Assembly: GCA_016839945.1 (NCBI GenBank)
Contig: JAEOTE010000067.1
Span: forward strand, 1 to 28,775
DNA: 28,775 nt
Direction of reading: 5' to 3'
DNA from: Candidatus Heimdallarchaeota archaeon
GTDB lineage: Archaea; Asgardarchaeota; Heimdallarchaeia; Heimdallarchaeales; Heimdallarchaeaceae
Positions within the stretch are counted from its first letter, which is position 1. Every line of letters begins with the position of its first letter. A program made the translations under genes and the position numbers. Positions 25,733 to 28,775 of this stretch are shown in pieces. The notes beneath the pieces are model-generated. The model saw only the letters and a program-made list of their open reading frames with translations. It searched no databases and was not told where the DNA came from.

Positions 25733-28006
25733 TTGTCTAGTGGCACAGGGTTAACCGGTATATTAAGTAGAATTTGGAAAAAGATAGTAGATCACTTTGA
25801 AGATTATGAAATTAAGAGAGAGACACTATTGAACAGAATAAGTTTCTTACTTATTCTTGCAATAGGAATCACAGTTCGATTACTCGCTGTTATGAGAGGT
25901 TACGATACTCTGATAAAAGCATTCGATCCTTATGTTCAATTAGTTAGTACTGAATATATAAATCAAAATGGTTTTATTGAATTCGTTCATTGGTTTAAAT
26001 CAGATTCATGGTATCCTTATGGTTTTTACACTGGAAAACTGTTATACTGGGGAGTTCCAACTAGTGCTATAGTAATACATGGTTTTCTTAACCTTCTTTC
26101 AATAAATGTTTCAATCAAAATAGTTGCTTTTTACAGTCCAGTTTTTTATGGGGCACTAACAATAATAGCTGCATATTTTCTTGGGAAGGAGGCTGTAAGT
26201 ACTAGAACTGGCCTCTTTACAGCTTTCTTTATGGCTATCTCTCCAGCGTTTGTTTCAAGAAGTACGGCTGGTTTCTTTGACAATGAATCGATAGGGATTC
26301 TTTTTACGGTTCTAACCTTGTTCTTCTTTATACGTGCAATCAAAAGAGGAGGAACATTATCAGCTTTTGGGGCAGGTATAAGTCTTGGTCTCTTAATTGC
26401 AAGCTGGGGTGCATATAGATATGTCTTAGATTTGTTACCTCTAGCAGTGTTTTTCTTGGTAATAACAAGAAAATTGACTTATAAGCTCATAAAAGCGTAT
26501 ACTATTACAATTGTTACAGCTTTAAGTATAGGTTTTCTACTCCCAAGAGTTATCGCAAATCAATTCTTCAATATAGATGTAATGATTCCTGTACTGATGA
26601 TAGGTTTTCTAATAATAGTCGGCATTATTCAAAATCTTTCACAGAGTTTAAGTGAGAAGACGTTCAAACAAGTCTTGATTGTTGGTGCTTTAACAATATT
26701 TGTACTCTTAATAATACTAGTAACTGTTTTTCTTTCATTAGGTATATTTACAAACATAGCAACCAAATTCTGGGCCGTTATCTTACCAGGTGGAAGAGAT
26801 GCAATACCCATTATAGCTTCAGTAAGCGAACATCAACCCATGACTTGGGCTGAGCTTTTTATGAATCTTCACATTATGACCTTCCTTATTCCCTTAGGAT
26901 TATATTACTGTTTGAAGAAACCAACAGACATTAACATACTAATTGTCGTATGGGGCATTACAACAATTTACTTCTCTGGATCAATGGTTCGATTAGCTTT
27001 ATTACTAGCACCCGCAGCAGCTTTAATCAGTGCCATTGCAATCGATAAGTTACTTTATACTTATTCTCTCAGTGCTCATGGTAAAATTGCTTTAACAAAA
27101 AGAAAAATACGCTTAACAAAATCAATAGGAAGAGACGAAGCAATAATTGCTTATGTTGTTATATTTGGATTACTTATCGCATTTTCGGTTCATAGTCTAA
27201 ATATGGCTGATCAATTTTCAAGATCTGAAATGGCCCCAGTGCTTTTTTATCCAAAACCTGGTTTTCCAATGGGTGATTGGCAAGAATCCTTGGAATGGAT
27301 AAGAAACCAAGCGCAGTTAGATGGAATTGTTAAAAATAGCCCTACGGTAGTTTTAAGCTGGTGGGATTATGGTTACTGGATTACGAACTATGGTAATGCA
27401 ACGTCACTTGTAGATAATGCTACAACGAATAGTTCACAAATAGGAACTGTAGGCACTATGCTCATGTGGGATTTCATAGAATCCGTTAAACTCATGTACA
27501 AGTATAATGTAAAATACGTTCTAGTAAACTCTCAAGCAGGTATTCCAGGTTTAGGATCGGATCTAGGAAAAGCCATATGGTGTATAAGAATCGCAGAATC
27601 AACAGTATCAAGGTATGGAATTACAGAGGAAGCTTATTATGGTCTAGATGAAGAGAGAAGATATTATCAGTATAAGGTACCATTCTTTTCTTCTGTTCTC
27701 TACAGATTATGTGCTTATGATCGGGAAACAGGTTTCGCTTGGGATTCAAATACTCCAGGAACACCAACAAGTAACGAACCTGGACTTCTAAGACTTGCTT
27801 CAAGCTATCCAGTTTACGATTTAAAGGGCGACGATGGAGTTACATATTTCAGAGAAGTGTTTAGAAGCTATGGTCTAGCTGATTCCCTTGAAACAGCTCG
27901 TAAATTTCCATTAGTTAGGATATATGAAGTAATATACCCTGAAAACATCGCTCAACTATCTACGGAATTAAACAGCTTGTATCCTTTAAGCAGCAGTTCT
28001 GAATAA
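25733..28006 (+). CDS. aglB: Oligosaccharyltransferase AglB/STT3
   Basis: AFDPY, GFFDNE, SVSEHQP, WWDYG, DNAT and DLGK motifs; many TM helices; TTG start after GGTGA. Confidence 0.96.
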   Translation: MSSGTGLTGILSRIWKKIVDHFEDYEIKRETLLNRISFLLILAIGITVRLLAVMRGYDTLIKAFDPYVQLVSTEYINQNGFIEFVHWFKSDSWYPYGFYTGKLLYWGVPTSAIVIHGFLNLLSINVSIKIVAFYSPVFYGALTIIAAYFLGKEAVSTRTGLFTAFFMAISPAFVSRSTAGFFDNESIGILFTVLTLFFFIRAIKRGGTLSAFGAGISLGLLIASWGAYRYVLDLLPLAVFFLVITRKLTYKLIKAYTITIVTALSIGFLLPRVIANQFFNIDVMIPVLMIGFLIIVGIIQNLSQSLSEKTFKQVLIVGALTIFVLLIILVTVFLSLGIFTNIATKFWAVILPGGRDAIPIIASVSEHQPMTWAELFMNLHIMTFLIPLGLYYCLKKPTDINILIVVWGITTIYFSGSMVRLALLLAPAAALISAIAIDKLLYTYSLSAHGKIALTKRKIRLTKSIGRDEAIIAYVVIFGLLIAFSVHSLNMADQFSRSEMAPVLFYPKPGFPMGDWQESLEWIRNQAQLDGIVKNSPTVVLSWWDYGYWITNYGNATSLVDNATTNSSQIGTVGTMLMWDFIESVKLMYKYNVKYVLVNSQAGIPGLGSDLGKAIWCIRIAESTVSRYGITEEAYYGLDEERRYYQYKVPFFSSVLYRLCAYDRETGFAWDSNTPGTPTSNEPGLLRLASSYPVYDLKGDDGVTYFREVFRSYGLADSLETARKFPLVRIYEVIYPENIAQLSTELNSLYPLSSSSE

Positions 28007-28138
28007 CTGCTGTATCTATTATATTTTTTTCAATACATTGAAGTAAGTAATATGATTTTGAAAACGACTTTGTTTCTGCCTACTTTTAGTAATCTAAGTA
28101 ATTAAAACATTAAATGAAAAACAACCGAACCAAAATGC

Positions 28139-28170
28139 TTTTAATAATTCAACTAGGGGAATTATTAAAA
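28139..28170. promoter_or_regulatory. 12-bp perfect inverted repeat over the EF-1alpha promoter region
   Basis: TTTTAATAATTC-N8-GAATTATTAAAA. The left arm contains the TATA-like TTTTAATA. Confidence 0.45.
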
Positions 28171-28215
28171 TACAACCCAAATATTAGTATTCTAATAAAA
28201 AAAGGTGTAGAAAAA

Positions 28216-28775
28216 ATGAGCTCAAAAGATAAACCTCATTTGAATTTAGTAATCATAGGTCACGTTGACCACGGAAAATCTACAATGACAGGTCATTTAT
28301 TGTATCTCTGTGGTAGTGTGTCAGATAGAGACATACAAAAATTCGAGAAAGAAGCTGAATTAATCGGACGAGGTAGTTTCAAATTCGCTTGGGTTTTAGA
28401 CAAGCTGAAAGAAGAGCGAGAAAGAGGTGTAACTATCGATCTTGCATTCTATAAATTTGAAACTAAAAAACATTATTTCACCATTATTGATGCTCCTGGA
28501 CATCGTGACTTCGTGAAGAATATGATAACAGGAACCTCACAAGCTGATGCCGCAATATTGGTTGTCAGTGCAGGAACTGGTGAATTTGAAGCAGGAATTA
28601 GTACAACTGGACAAACAAGAGAACATGCTTTACTAGCAAAAACCTTAGGTGTTGACCAAGTAGTAGTTGCAGTCAATAAAATGGATCTTGCTAAATATAA
28701 GAAAGAACGTTTTGATGAAATTAAAGATGAAATGGAAAGAAACCTCAAGCTTTTTGGTTTTGACATGAAAAAGGT
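28216..28775 (+). CDS. tuf: Elongation factor 1-alpha (5' part, runs off the window)
   Basis: Not in the ORF track. Manual translation gives [23 protein letters not shown]...ERERGVTID...[17 protein letters not shown]...NKMD; AGGTG SD. Confidence 0.97.
   Translation, partial: MSSKDKPHLNLVIIGHVDHGKSTMTGHLLYLCGSVSDRDIQKFEKEAELIGRGSFKFAWVLDKLKEERERGVTIDLAFYKFETKKHYFTIIDAPGHRDFVKNMITGTSQADAAILVVSAGTGEFEAGISTTGQTREHALLAKTLGVDQVVVAVNKMDLAKYKKERFDEIKDEMERNLKLFGFDMKK

Noticed and set aside
903-28766. Numerous short antisense or overlapping ORFs in the track (e.g. 903-1133, 9975-10244, 12295-12594, 13918-14115, 28473-28766)
   Set aside because: They are shadows of well-supported genes on the other strand or frame, with no motifs. 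28473-28766 is antisense to EF-1alpha.
1-28775. CRISPR array or tandem repeats
   Set aside because: No regularly spaced repeats seen; intergenic regions are all about 210 nt or shorter.

Overview
AT-rich, densely coding archaeal chromosomal region. The gene content (EF-2 paralog, gelsolin-domain protein, roadblock protein, STT3-like AglB, PolD) suggests an Asgard archaeon, possibly Heimdallarchaeia-like; this is inference. It is mostly a core information-processing neighbourhood: cdc6/orc1, PolD DP1 and DP2, topoisomerase IA, uS10, EF-1alpha (partial), archaeosine TGT, SmAP3, Sec61beta, AglB, tRNA-Ser(UGA) and an intron-containing tRNA-Arg(UCU). No mobile element or CRISPR array is evident. 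Three signals are absent from the ORF track. (1) A candidate -1 programmed frameshift (T TTT TTC directly before the stop codon) would fuse the MoxR AAA+ ATPase to the downstream vWA protein. (2) A complete box C/D sRNA at 3082-3142 has a D guide that predicts Cm34 methylation of tRNA-Leu(CAA). (3) The PUA/PAPS-reductase gene has a zinc-ribbon N-terminal extension of about 59 codons with no in-frame ATG/GTG/TTG start, implying an AUC start or recoding.
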